Source: Trypanosoma brucei (lineage: Eukaryota). From it: DNA of 64,000 nt. Below, piece after piece: positions 13,029-24,828 of the stretch. The translations under genes and the position numbers were made by a program. Each line of letters starts with the position of its first letter. Within the stretch, counting starts at the first letter, position 1. The notes below the pieces were generated by a model. That model made no database searches. It was given only the letters and a program-made list of their open reading frames with translations, and had not been told where the DNA came from. Where the stretch lies: assembly GCA_000002445.1 (NCBI GenBank), contig AL929603.2, positions 576,001 to 640,000 of the forward strand. The letters are read 5' to 3'.

Positions 13029-13310
13029 GTGGACAGACGGATCTGTAACACTGGAGGAAAATCAGGAGCGGCAGCTCTCATCGTCAAGAATGGCAAACTC
13101 CTGCACAAAGTGCTCGAAGGAACGGGACGACTTGCATGCAGCTATAGAGCTGAATGTGTAGTCCTAATAATTGGCCTGAAACAACTGTCCAAAGAGATCG
13201 ATAAAGCAGAAAAACAAAACTTCCGATTATTGATATTTACGGACTCATGGTCAATGGTAGCAGCTCTGCACGCGGGCCCGCTTACAGTTACAGACACAGT
13301 ACTGCGCTAA
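13029..13310 (+). pseudogene. ingi A RNase H-like segment
   Basis: The sequence TDGSVT...AAALIVKNGKLL...RAECVVLIIGLKQL...FTDSWSMVAAL matches the RNase H fold pattern. Confidence 0.65.
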
Positions 13311-13728
13311 ATATGGACACTACTCATCCAACTCCAAAGTAAAGGAGGACGGATTCGTATTCAGTTCATATTTGGTCACTGTGGAATAGCGGGTAATGAG
13401 CAAGCTGACGCAGCAGAGCAACCACAAATGCGAACTGCATGGATACCGGAGGTGGTTGCAGCAGCGAAAAGGCTGCTGCGCACTACAAGGGAAAAGCCAC
13501 AAACACATAGGGCCACACTTACTGGACACTGGAAGAACACAAACCTCAAGACCTCGCTGTCCAGAAAAGAATAAACCCTACTGACTCAACTCCGCACGGG
13601 TGCAGCACCTACGTACGGTTGGGTGAACAGGAAATTGAACCCTAATATCCCCAACACATGCAGATGGTGTTGCAATGTGGCAAAAAGCCAGACAGTGGAG
13701 CTCGTGAGTGTGAGACCAACATCCACAC

Positions 13729-14085
13729 GTGCAAGCGATCCAACAGTTTGCCCAATTTGTGGGCTGCGATGCTCGAACCGGCAAAATGGCGCTATACACA
13801 TGCAACGAACCCATGGAGTCCAATACGAGCAGGGCAAACGGCGACTCAAATTCCCGCGAGGAGATGGAGGAGGATTCCAATTTGGCCCTCCCACCTCCCG
13901 AACCGCCGCCAAACACAGAAACACCGCAAACCGCTGCGGATACTATTATGTATCCCTGCTTGATCTGCGAGAGGACCTTCAAATCGAAGACTTGGCAAAC
14001 AAGGCACAGAGAGACCGCACACCCGGGTGTAGCACCACCGCGCGGAACAACAGAAAACCCAGAGGGAAGTGAACAAACAACATAA
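13729..14085 (+). pseudogene. ingi A C-terminal C2H2 zinc-finger segment
   Basis: YPCLICERTFKSKTWQTRHRETAHPG is a C2H2 finger. Confidence 0.7.
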
Positions 14086-14568
14086 TCGGAGAACACTCTT
14101 CAGTGTGCCCTGTGTTCTTTTGTACACAAGTCCAAGGGTGGATTAACAAACCACCGAAGAGTCCAGCACCCAGATCAAAAGGTCACGATAGCAACCAGGA
14201 AGAGCGGAAGGGATTCGGCGAATCGACGGGAAGTAGAGGAGGAGGAACCATCAGCTACCTCGCTCCATTGTACATGCTGCGATTTCATAGAGAAATCAAA
14301 GAGTGGGTTAGCTGCGCACTGTAGGTATAGGCACCTCCAAACAGTCTAGTCTATCACTACAGTTTCAAAAAAGAGACCAAGGACCCCCACTCCAGAGAAT
14401 AGATCGCAGAAAGTACGGACGGAAAGAGTCGAAGGAAGATATCAGTGTGATCACTGCGAGAAGACATACGCCACACCATCCACTCTAATACGCCACTACA
14501 GGGCGAAAAATAGTGGAAGCGTATGTCAGCTCTCTAGCACCGAGGCAGCTCCGGCAGGACGACGATAC

Positions 14569-15000
14569 GTGAAGGTTACAGTGCCGACGCATGAGTGTAC
14601 CGAGTGCGGCACCAAGTGCTACTCAAAAGCAGGACTAACGCGTCATCAACAAACTGCACATGGTTTGAAGCTGGAAACCCCTCTCCCCCAGATGCATGAA
14701 TGCGAAGAGTCACCTAGGCACCTACTCGTGTACCCAGGACTCGCTACACTGCGTCAACGATTCTTCAAGGATGACACACCTCTCGAAAAGTTGCTGTACA
14801 GTGAAGAGTTAACAAAATTCCTACTGGAACTGGAAAAACTCTCACAAAAGGTACCGCCAGAAAGTAAAGGCCGAACGCCGGATATCGAATCAGCTGACCC
14901 TCGTAGTGATTGCCCTCCGTCTAGGAGATATCAAACTTCTGTCTCCCCCCCCCCTGTCGGATCGCGTGGGAAGCGGAAACGCTCACCATTTCCTCGATGA
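14569..15000 (+). pseudogene. ingi A second C2H2 zinc-finger segment
   Basis: HECTECGTKCYSKAGLTRHQQTAHG is a C2H2 finger. It lies in a different frame from the preceding segment. Confidence 0.65.
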
Positions 15001-15168
15001 GCCCCTGTGTACACAGTTAGTCTCCCCCGTCCATATTAAGACGGAGCCTGGGTCTCGTCAGCCCAGAAACTCTCCCCCCTTCACCACAAAGCAGGCACCA
15101 ACGTTCGAATAGGACTGCTGGTGGTACGCTGCCAAATATCTCTTTGAGATAATTGCGCGTTATATTAA

Positions 15169-15181
15169 AAAAACATGATGC
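15169..15181. repeat. 3' target-site duplication of ingi A (AAAAACATGATGC), merged with the element poly(A)
   Basis: Identical to 9938-9950. Confidence 0.8.
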
Positions 15182-16185
15182 CCCTGCACCCGCAGCAGAT
15201 TCCCTCAAAGAGCTGACGGTTGCAGGGGCTTGGCTTCCCCCGCATAGGCGAGGTACTGGACCCTGGTACCACGATGAGGTGGCCGGCTGAGCCAGGGTGC
15301 GGAAGCCAAGGGCCTGCGACACCCGAAAGGGCTAACAAGCTTAGGTTTCTACTTGTTGGGAAAACGGATAGTGGAAACCACCCTAGTGGTTGGTTGGTCG
15401 CTCGCACTGTGCGCTACAGTACTGCGGATGCAGAGATTGGACCTTGCAAGGGTTTAATTTCGCACGATTGCAAGCTTCTGCTGTTACTGTGTGGATACTT
15501 TGAGCGCAATCCTGGACCCCTCCGGTTTGTGCAGCAGAACGTTAACGGTGTCTCAGCAGTAAAGCTATCAAGCCTACTTGCTCTAGATGCAGACGTCTAT
15601 CTTCTTCCGGAGGTGAAGAAGTTGCGTGAGGCGTCTCGCATCTGTAAGGTCCCGCCATACACAGTTTACTGTAGCCCCCCGAACGCTCGGGGTGGAAGAG
15701 TTGCCATCTTGGTGCACCAACGAAGCAGCATCCAGACCAGGAGTGTGACATGGAAAGCACTCCCAAACGACACTGGCATCAAAGCCGTAACTGTGAAATT
15801 GTGATAGGTAATACTCATCTGGGTATAGTGAATGTTTACATCCCCCCACCACCGAGCATCACTGGATCCTTCGCTACCCTTCTGCAGACCTTGGAAAATA
15901 ACTGCTCTATTATTGAGGGAAACTTCAATGTTTTCCACCCACTATGGTGGAGCGAGGTCGGTCAATAAAACAGGTCGGACAAGTTCTTTTACCTGTCCAC
16001 CTATGCATATTCGAACTGCAAAACATCCTTGACGCGGTAACACGAAGCTAAGGCAATCAGAAAAGCGCCCTGGACCTCACCCCGTCTCGTTTGGATGATG
16101 CAATGCAACGGACCACGCTATTGTAGCTAGACAGCGATCACAAAGGGATCACATTTATGCTCGAAAAAGCATGCGAAATGATTAT
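15182..16185 (+). mobile_element. second ingi-type element, a 5' fragment of about 1 kb with an inverted 5' terminus; its 3' limit is approximate
   Basis: Positions 15185-15297 are the reverse complement of an ingi 5' end (Pr77). From 15298 the sequence continues in forward ingi orientation, starting near element nt 55. The ORF at 15220-15968 encodes a 2A-like ...ERNPGP motif followed by the AP-endonuclease N-terminus (LRFVQQNVNGVS...DADVYLLPEV). Confidence 0.75.
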
Positions 16186-16495
16186 TCTCATCCCCTTTAT
16201 CCCTAGCCTCTTCCACTTTCCAACTTCCCTCCTCTGCCTCCTCTCACCCTTTTGTTTTTGTATTTCCCTTTTATTTTACATTTTCACCCCACCATCAGCG
16301 TCCTTTCACTGGCTTTGTGGCACCGCTTCCTTCTTAGTAGCGGTTCTTTTGCACAACCGCATGCACACATACATCCCTTTGAATGTCATACCTCCCTCCT
16401 CTCTCTTTCTCTTTTTTTTTTCTGTTACATCTCATACTAGAAAGCTAAAAAGCTACTTTACCACAACTCTCAAACCAAGCAACAAACTAAAAGAC

Positions 16496-16897
16496 ATGTC
16501 GAGGACCAAGGAAACCGCCAGGACGAAGAAGACCATCACCTCCAAGAAGAGCAAGAAGGCCTCAAAGGGTTCTGATGCCGCATCTGGCGTAAAGACCGCC
16601 CAACGCCGCTGGAGGCCCGGCACCGTGGCACTCCGTGAAATCCGCCAGTTCCAACGCTCCACCGACCTGCTGCTACAAAAGGCACCATTTCAACGCCTGG
16701 TCCGTGAGGTGTCTGGTGCCCAAAAGGAGGGTCTGCGCTTCCAGAGTAGCGCTATTCTCGCCGCACAGGAAGCGACTGAGTCGTACATTGTGTCGCTGCT
16801 TGCCGATACCAACCGCGCATGCATTCACAGTGGGCGTGTGACAATCCAACCAAAGGACATTCACCTTGCCCTCTGCCTACGCGGTGAACGTGCATAA
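16496..16897 (+). CDS. H3: histone H3 (133 aa)
   Basis: Sequence [25 protein letters not shown]...RLVREV...[17 protein letters not shown]. The H3 core motifs are present with a trypanosomatid-type divergent N-terminus. The true start is the internal Met of the longer ORF-track entry. Confidence 0.95.
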   Translation: MSRTKETARTKKTITSKKSKKASKGSDAASGVKTAQRRWRPGTVALREIRQFQRSTDLLLQKAPFQRLVREVSGAQKEGLRFQSSAILAAQEATESYIVSLLADTNRACIHSGRVTIQPKDIHLALCLRGERA

Positions 16898-18078
16898 GAA
16901 GGTACAGAAATGCGTAATTGAGTGAGTGAGTATGAATATGAGTAGGTGTGTGTGTATGTATGTATGTATGCGTGAGGGTCAGGGTTGAGACAAATATTCA
17001 GATTAGAGAAAGAAAGAAAGAGAGAGAGAGCACTGCAAAGCATGCATGCATGTATATGTATATATGTGTGTATGTTTATGTGCATGACCTTCTTTCTCTT
17101 TCCCCTTCTCCTCTCTGTTGCTCTCCTCTACGTTCCACTTGCATGCATAACACATACTTCCTTCTTGTAACTGCTCCCTTTCTCTCATTACACTGTGTAG
17201 CCTTTACTTTCTTTCCCCTCTTCCCCTCACTACAAAGACACTGTGTGTCCGACCCTCCTAACTTGCTCCTGCTCACAGCGGTTTCCAGTCGCATTAGCCA
17301 TCGTCACACGGTACCACACAATGATGCCTTGTGATTTGTTTTGCCTTTTGCTACTATTCATCGGAGGCCGTGCGTGGCGTGCGCGGATTGTTGTGCAGGT
17401 GTACCTGCCGGCGTGTCCCCGCTGCGCGGTTGGGGAAGAGACAAGTTTAGGGGGCTGTTGTGACACAGTTAGATTTTCCACGTCACCTCCAGCGGTGCGG
17501 ATGCCTCCACTTCAGGTGTGGTTCCCCATTCCCCCGTATATCTTTCTTTCTTTCTTTTCGTCTGCTCATTCCACTCTGGGTGCAATATCCGGGAGTGTGG
17601 AATAAGAGTTGAGATTGGGGTTAAGATGAGGGTAAAGGGGAGTGGAGGGGCGACGTGGGAGAGACGGATGGCCAGATGGAAAGGGAAAGAAAGGTGTGAA
17701 AGTGTGGAGGTAACGAGATATTGGGTGAGGGTGACTGATAGAGGACAGCATCTGTGAATGTGTGGTTACTCTTCTCCCCTTTATCCCTAGCCTCTTCCAC
17801 TTTCCAACTTCCCTCCTCTGCCTCCTCTCACCCTTTTGTTTTTGTATTTCCCTTTTATTTTACATTTTCACCCCACCATCAGCATCCTTTCACTGGCTTT
17901 GTACCACCGCTTCCTTCTTAGTAGCGGTTCTTTTGCACAACCGCATGCACACATACATCCCTTTGAATTTCATACCTCCCTCCTCTCTCTTTCTCTTTTT
18001 TTTTCTGTTACATCTCATACTAGAAAGCTAAAAAGCTACTTTACCACAACTCTCAAACCAAGCAACAAACTAAAAGAC

Positions 18079-18480
18079 ATGTCGAGGACCAAGGAAACCG
18101 CCAGGACGAAGAAGACCATCACCTCCAAGAAGAGCAAGAAGGCCTCAAAGGGTTCTGATGCCGCATCTGGCGTAAAGACCGCCCAACGCCGCTGGAGGCC
18201 CGGCACCGTGGCACTCCGTGAAATCCGCCAGTTCCAACGCTCCACCGACCTGCTGCTACAAAAGGCACCATTTCAACGCCTGGTCCGTGAGGTGTCTGGT
18301 GCCCAAAAGGAGGGTCTGCGCTTCCAGAGTAGCGCTATTCTCGCCGCACAGGAAGCGACTGAGTCGTACATTGTGTCGCTGCTTGCCGATACCAACCGCG
18401 CATGCATTCACAGTGGGCGTGTGACAATCCAACCAAAGGACATTCACCTTGCCCTCTGCCTACGCGGTGAACGTGCATAA
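18079..18480 (+). CDS. H3: histone H3 (133 aa), copy 2
   Basis: The protein is identical to copy 1. Confidence 0.95.
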   Translation: MSRTKETARTKKTITSKKSKKASKGSDAASGVKTAQRRWRPGTVALREIRQFQRSTDLLLQKAPFQRLVREVSGAQKEGLRFQSSAILAAQEATESYIVSLLADTNRACIHSGRVTIQPKDIHLALCLRGERA

Positions 18481-19662
18481 GAAGGTACAGAAATGCGTAA
18501 TTGAGTGAGTGAGTATGAATATGAGTAGGTGTGTGTGTATGTATGTATGTATGCGTGAGGGTCAGGGTTGAGACAAATATTCAGATTAGAGAAAGAAAGA
18601 AAGAGAGAGAGAGCACTGCAAAGCATGCATGCATGTATATGTATATATGTGTGTATGTTTATGTGCATGACCTTCTTTCTCTTTCCCCTTCTCCTCTCTG
18701 TTGCTCTCCTCTACGTTCCACTTGCATGCATAGCACATACTTCCTTCTTGTAACTGCTCCCTTTCTCTCATTACACTGTGTAGCCTTTACTTTCTTTCCC
18801 CTCTTCCCCTCACTACAAAGACACTGTGTGTCCGACCCTCCTAACTTGCTCCTACTCACAGCGGTTTCCAGTCGCATTAGCCATCGTCACACGGTACCAC
18901 ACAATGATGCCTTGTGATTTGTTTTGCCTTTTGCTACTATTCATCGGAGGCCGTGCGTGGCGTGCGCGGATTGTTGTGCAGGTGTACCTGCCGGCGTGTC
19001 CCCGCTGCGCGGTTGGGGAAGAGACAAGTTTAGGGGGCTGTTGTGACACAGTTAGATTTTCCACGTCACCTCCAGCGGTGCGGATGCCTCCACTTCAGGT
19101 GTGGTTCCCCATTCCCCCGTATATCTTTCTTTCTTTCTTTTCGTCTGCTCATTCCACTCTGGGTGCAATATCCGGGAGTGTGGAATAAGAGTTGAGATTG
19201 GGGTTAAGATGAGGGTAAAGGGGAGTGGAGGGGCGACGTGGGAGAGACGGATGGCCAGATGGAAAGGGAAAGAAAGGTGTGAAAGTGTGGAGGTAACGAG
19301 ATATTGGGTGAGGGTGACTGATAGAGGACAGCATCTGTGAATGTGTGGTTACTCTTCTCCCCTTTATCCCTAGCCTCTTCCACTTTCCAACTTCCCTCCT
19401 CTGCCTCCTCTCACCCTTTTGTTTTTGTATTTCCCTTTTATTTTACATTTTCACCCCACCATCAGCATCCTTTCACTGGCTTTGTACCACCGCTTCCTTC
19501 TTAGTAGCGGTTCTTTTGCACAACCGCATGCACACATACATCCCTTTGAATTTCATACCTCCCTCCTCTCTCTTTCTCTTTTTTTTTTCTGTTACATCTC
19601 ATACTAGAAAGCTAAAAAGCTACTTTACCACAACTCTCAAACCAAGCAACAAACTAAAAGAC

Positions 19663-20064
19663 ATGTCGAGGACCAAGGAAACCGCCAGGACGAAGAAGAC
19701 CATCACCTCCAAGAAGAGCAAGAAGGCCTCAAAGGGTTCTGATGCCGCATCTGGCGTAAAGACCGCCCAACGCCGCTGGAGGCCCGGCACCGTGGCACTC
19801 CGTGAAATCCGCCAGTTCCAACGCTCCACCGACCTGCTGCTACAAAAGGCACCATTTCAACGCCTGGTCCGTGAGGTGTCTGGTGCCCAAAAGGAGGGTC
19901 TGCGCTTCCAGAGTAGCGCTATTCTCGCCGCACAGGAAGCGACTGAGTCGTACATTGTGTCGCTGCTTGCCGATACCAACCGCGCATGCATTCACAGTGG
20001 GCGTGTGACAATCCAACCAAAGGACATTCACCTTGCCCTCTGCCTACGCGGTGAACGTGCATAA
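19663..20064 (+). CDS. H3: histone H3 (133 aa), copy 3
   Basis: The protein is identical to copy 1. Confidence 0.95.
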   Translation: MSRTKETARTKKTITSKKSKKASKGSDAASGVKTAQRRWRPGTVALREIRQFQRSTDLLLQKAPFQRLVREVSGAQKEGLRFQSSAILAAQEATESYIVSLLADTNRACIHSGRVTIQPKDIHLALCLRGERA

Positions 20065-21254
20065 GAAGGTACAGAAATGCGTAATTGAGTGAGTGAGTAT
20101 GAATATGAGTAGGTGTGTGTGTATGTATGTATGTATGTATGTATGCGTGAGGGTCAGGGTTGAGACAAATATTCAGATTAGAGAAAGAAAGAAAGAGAGA
20201 GAGAGCACTGCAAAGCATGCATGCATGCATATATATATATGTGTGTATGTTTATGTGCATGACCTTCTTTCTCTTTCCCCTTCTCCTCTCTGTTGCTCTC
20301 CTCTACGTTCCACTTGCATGCATAACACATACTTCCTTCTTGTAACTGCTCCCTTTCTCTCATTACACTGTGTAGCCTTTACTTTCTTTCCCCTCTTCCC
20401 CTCACTACAAAGACACTGTGTGTCCGACCCTCCTAACTTGCTCCTACTCACAGCGGTTTCCAGTCGCATTAGCCATCGTCACACGGTACCACACAATGAT
20501 GCCTTGTGATTTGTTTTGCCTTTTGCTACTGTTCATCGGAGGCCGTGCGTGGCGTGCGCGGATTGTTGTGCAGGTGTACCTGCCGGCGTGTCCCCGCTGC
20601 GCGGTTGGGGAAGAGACAAGTTTAGGGGGCTGTTGTGACACAGTTAGATTTTCCACGTCACCTCCAGCGGTGCGGATGCCTCCACTTCAGGTGTGGTTCC
20701 CCATTCCCCCGTATATCTTTCTTTCTTTCTTTTCGTCTGCTCATTCCACTCTGGGTGCAATATCCGGGAGTGTGGAATAAGAGTTGAGATTGGGGTTAAG
20801 ATGAGGGTAAAGGGGAGTGGAGGGGCGACGTGGGAGAGACGGATGGCCAGATGGAAAGGGAAAGAAAGGTGTGAAAGTGTGGAGGTAACGAGATATTGGG
20901 TGAGGGTGACTGATAGAGGACAGCATCTGTGAATGTGTGGTTACTCTTCTCCCCTTTATCCCTAGCCTCTTCCACTTTCCAACTTCCCTCCTCTGCCTCC
21001 TCTCACCCTTTTGTTTTTGTATTTCCCTTTTATTTTACATTTTCACCCCACCATCAGCATCCTTTCACTGGCTTTGTACCACCGCTTCCTTCTTAGTAGC
21101 GGTTCTTTTGCACAACCGCATGCACACATACATCCCTTTGAATGTCATACCTCCCTCCTCTCTCTTTCTCTTTTTTTTTTCTGTTACATCTCATACTAGA
21201 AAGCTAAAAAGCTACTTTACCACAACTCTCAAACCAAGCAACAAACTAAAAGAC

Positions 21255-21656
21255 ATGTCGAGGACCAAGGAAACCGCCAGGACGAAGAAGACCATCACCT
21301 CCAAGAAAAGCAAGAAGGCCTCAAAGGGTTCTGATGCCGCATCTGGCGTAAAGACCGCCCAACGCCGCTGGAGGCCCGGCACCGTGGCACTCCGTGAAAT
21401 CCGCCAGTTCCAACGCTCCACCGACCTGCTGCTACAAAAGGCACCATTTCAACGCCTGGTCCGTGAGGTGTCTGGTGCCCAAAAGGAGGGTCTGCGCTTC
21501 CAGAGTAGCGCTATTCTCGCCGCACAGGAAGCGACTGAGTCGTACATTGTGTCGCTGCTTGCCGATACCAACCGCGCATGCATTCACAGTGGGCGTGTGA
21601 CAATCCAACCAAAGGACATTCACCTTGCCCTCTGCCTACGCGGTGAACGTGCATAA
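21255..21656 (+). CDS. H3: histone H3 (133 aa), copy 4
   Basis: The protein is identical to copy 1, with one synonymous AAG-to-AAA change. Confidence 0.95.
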   Translation: MSRTKETARTKKTITSKKSKKASKGSDAASGVKTAQRRWRPGTVALREIRQFQRSTDLLLQKAPFQRLVREVSGAQKEGLRFQSSAILAAQEATESYIVSLLADTNRACIHSGRVTIQPKDIHLALCLRGERA

Positions 21657-22840
21657 GAAGGTACAGAAATGCGTAATTGAGTGAGTGAGTATGAATATGA
21701 GTAGGTGTGTGTGTATGTATGTATGTATGTATGCGTGAGGGTCAGGGTTGAGACAAATATTCAGATTAGAGAAAGAAAGAAAGAAAGAGAGAGCACTGCA
21801 AAGCATGCATGCATGCATATATATATGTGTGTATGTTTATGTGCATGACCTTCTTTCTCTTTCCCCTTCTCCTCTCTGTTGCTCTCCTCTACGTTCCACT
21901 TGCATGCATAACACATACTTCCTTCTTGTAACTGCTCCCTTTCTCTCATTACACTGTGTAGCCTTTACTTTCTTTCCCCTCTTCCCCTCACTACAAAGAC
22001 ACTGTGTGTCCGACCCTCCTAACTTGCTCCTGCTCACAGCGGTTTCCAGTCGCATTAGCCATCGTCACACGGTACCACACAATGATGCCTTGTGATTTGT
22101 TTTGCCTTTTGCTACTATTCATCGGAGGCCGTGCGTGGCGTGCGCGGATTGTTGTGCAGGTGTACCTGCCGGCGTGTCCCCGCTGCGCGGTTGGGGAAGA
22201 GACAAGTTTAGGGGGCTGTTGTGACACAGTTAGATTTTCCACGTCACCTCCAGCGGTGCGGATGCCTCCACTTCAGGTGTGGTTCCCCATTCCCCCGTAT
22301 ATCTTTCTTTCTTTCTTTTCGTCTGCTCATTCCACTCTGGGTGCAATATCCGGGAGTGTGGAATAAGAGTTGAGATTGGGGTTAAGATGAGGGTAAAGGG
22401 GAGTGGAGGGGCGACGTGGGAGAGACGGATGGCCAGATGGAAAGGGAAAGAAAGGTGTGAAAGTGTGGAGGTAACGAGATATTGGGTGAGGGTGACTGAT
22501 AGAGGACAGCATCTGTGAATGTGTGGTTACTCTTCTCCCCTTTATCCCTAGCCTCTTCCACTTTCCAACTTCCCTCCTCTGCCTCCTCTCACCCTTTTGT
22601 TTTTGTATTTCCCTTTTATTTTACATTTTCACCCCACCATCAGCATCCTTTCGCTGGCTTTGTACCACCGCTTCCTTCTTAGTAGCGGTTCTTTTGCACA
22701 ACCGCATGCACACATACATCCCTTTGAATGTCATACCTCCCTCCTCTCTCTTTCTCTTTTTTTTTTCTGTTACATCTCATACTAGAAAGCTAAAAAGCTA
22801 CTTTACCACAACTCTCAAACCAAGCAACAAACTAAAAGAC

Positions 22841-23242
22841 ATGTCGAGGACCAAGGAAACCGCCAGGACGAAGAAGACCATCACCTCCAAGAAGAGCAAG
22901 AAGGCCTCAAAGGGTTCTGATGCCGCATCTGGCGTAAAGACCGCCCAACGCCGCTGGAGGCCCGGCACCGTGGCACTCCGTGAAATCCGCCAGTTCCAAC
23001 GCTCCACCGACCTGCTGCTACAAAAGGCACCATTTCAACGCCTGGTCCGTGAGGTGTCTGGTGCCCAAAAGGAGGGTCTGCGCTTCCAGAGTAGCGCTAT
23101 TCTCGCCGCACAGGAAGCGACTGAGTCGTACATTGTGTCGCTGCTTGCCGATACCAACCGCGCATGCATTCACAGTGGGCGTGTGACAATCCAACCAAAG
23201 GACATTCACCTTGCCCTCTGCCTACGCGGTGAACGTGCATAA
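22841..23242 (+). CDS. H3: histone H3 (133 aa), copy 5
   Basis: The protein is identical to copy 1. Confidence 0.95.
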   Translation: MSRTKETARTKKTITSKKSKKASKGSDAASGVKTAQRRWRPGTVALREIRQFQRSTDLLLQKAPFQRLVREVSGAQKEGLRFQSSAILAAQEATESYIVSLLADTNRACIHSGRVTIQPKDIHLALCLRGERA

Positions 23243-24426
23243 GAAGGTACAGAAATGCGTAATTGAGTGAGTGAGTATGAATATGAGTAGGTGTGTGTGT
23301 ATGTATGTATGTATGCGTGAGGGTCAGGGTTGAGACAAATATTCAGATTAGAGAAAGAAAGAAAGAAAGAGAGAGCACTGCAAAGCATGCATGCATGTAT
23401 ATGTATATATATGTGTGTATGTTTATGTGCATGACCTTCTTTCTCTTTCCCCTTCTCCTCTCTGTTGCTCTCCTCTACGTTCCACTTGCATGCATAACAC
23501 ATACTTCCTTCTTGTAACTGCTCCCTTTCTCTCATTACACTGTGTAGCCTTTACTTTCTTTCCCCTCTTCCCCTCACTACAAAGACACTGTGTGTCCGAC
23601 CCTCCTAACTTGCTCCTACTCACAGCGGTTTCCAGTCGCATTAGCCATCGTCACACGGTACCACACAATGATGCCTTGTGATTTGTTTTGCCTTTTGCTA
23701 CTATTCATCGGAGGCCGTGCGTGGCGTGCGCGGATTGTTGTGCAGGTGTACCTGCCGGCGTGTCCCCGCTGCGCGGTTGGGGAAGAGACAAGTTTAGGGG
23801 GCTGTTGTGACACAGTTAGATTTTCCACGTCACCTCCAGCGGTGCGGATGCCTCCACTTCAGGTGTGGTTCCCCATTCCCCCGTATATCTTTCTTTCTTT
23901 CTTTTCGTCTGCTCATTCCACTCTGGGTGCAATATCCGGGAGTGTGGAATAAGAGTTGAGATTGGGGTTAAGATGAGGGTAAAGGGGAGTGGAGGGGCGA
24001 CGTGGGAGAGACGGATGGCCAGATGGAAAGGGAAAGAAAGGTGTGAAAGTGTGGAGGTAACGAGATATTGGGTGAGGGTGACTGATAGAGGACAGCATCT
24101 GTGAATGTGTGGTTACTCTTCTCCCCTTTATCCCTAGCCTCTTCCACTTTCCAACTTCCCTCCTCTGCCTCCTCTCACCCTTTTGTTTTTGTATTTCCCT
24201 TTTATTTTACATTTTCACCCCACCATCAGCATCCTTTCACTGGCTTTGTACCACCGCTTCCTTCTTAGTAGCGGTTCTTTTGCACAACCGCATGCACACA
24301 TACATCCCTTTGAATGTCATACCTCCCTCCTCTCTCTTTCTCTTTTTTTTTTCTGTTACATCTCATACTAGAAAGCTAAAAAGCTACTTTACCACAACTC
24401 TCAAACCAAGCAACAAACTAAAAGAC

Positions 24427-24828
24427 ATGTCGAGGACCAAGGAAACCGCCAGGACGAAGAAGACCATCACCTCCAAGAAGAGCAAGAAGGCCTCAAAGGG
24501 TTCTGATGCCGCATCTGGCGTAAAGACCGCCCAACGCCGCTGGAGGCCCGGCACCGTGGCACTCCGTGAAATCCGCCAGTTCCAACGCTCCACCGACCTG
24601 CTGCTACAAAAGGCACCATTTCAACGCCTGGTCCGTGAGGTGTCTGGTGCCCAAAAGGAGGGTCTGCGCTTCCAGAGTAGCGCTATTCTCGCCGCACAGG
24701 AAGCGACTGAGTCGTACATTGTGTCGCTGCTTGCCGATACCAACCGCGCATGCATTCACAGTGGGCGTGTGACAATCCAACCAAAGGACATTCACCTTGC
24801 CCTCTGCCTACGCGGTGAACGTGCATAA
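24427..24828 (+). CDS. H3: histone H3 (133 aa), copy 6
   Basis: The protein is identical to copy 1. Confidence 0.95.
   Translation: MSRTKETARTKKTITSKKSKKASKGSDAASGVKTAQRRWRPGTVALREIRQFQRSTDLLLQKAPFQRLVREVSGAQKEGLRFQSSAILAAQEATESYIVSLLADTNRACIHSGRVTIQPKDIHLALCLRGERA

Larger units (their letters stand above)
9951..15168 (+). mobile_element. full-length (about 5.2 kb) ingi-type non-LTR (LINE) retroposon, degenerate
   Basis: The 5' end matches the trypanosomatid ingi/L1Tc Pr77 hallmark (CCCTGG...CCACCTCATCGTGGTGCCAGGGTCCAGTAC...GGGAAGCCAAGAGCC). Domain order is AP endonuclease, reverse transcriptase, RNase H, then C2H2 zinc fingers. The element ends in a short A-run at 15167-15173, is flanked by the TSD, and is the expected 5.2 kb long. 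Confidence 0.9.

Noticed and set aside
13578-14127. ORFs antisense or out of frame relative to the ingi zinc-finger region (13578-14096 -, 13846-14127 -, and their mirror copies at 62078-62570 +)
   Set aside because: They are conserved only because ingi A and fragment C are about 98% identical. They show no independent coding signature.
16130-16170. Possible 3' TSD of element B (CTCGAAAAAGCATGCGAAATGAT resembles GCGAAAAACATGATGC)
   Set aside because: The match is only about 10 of 13 positions, and the sequence is common AT-rich purine-run context. Coincidence is the likelier explanation. Element B appears simply truncated at the H3 array.
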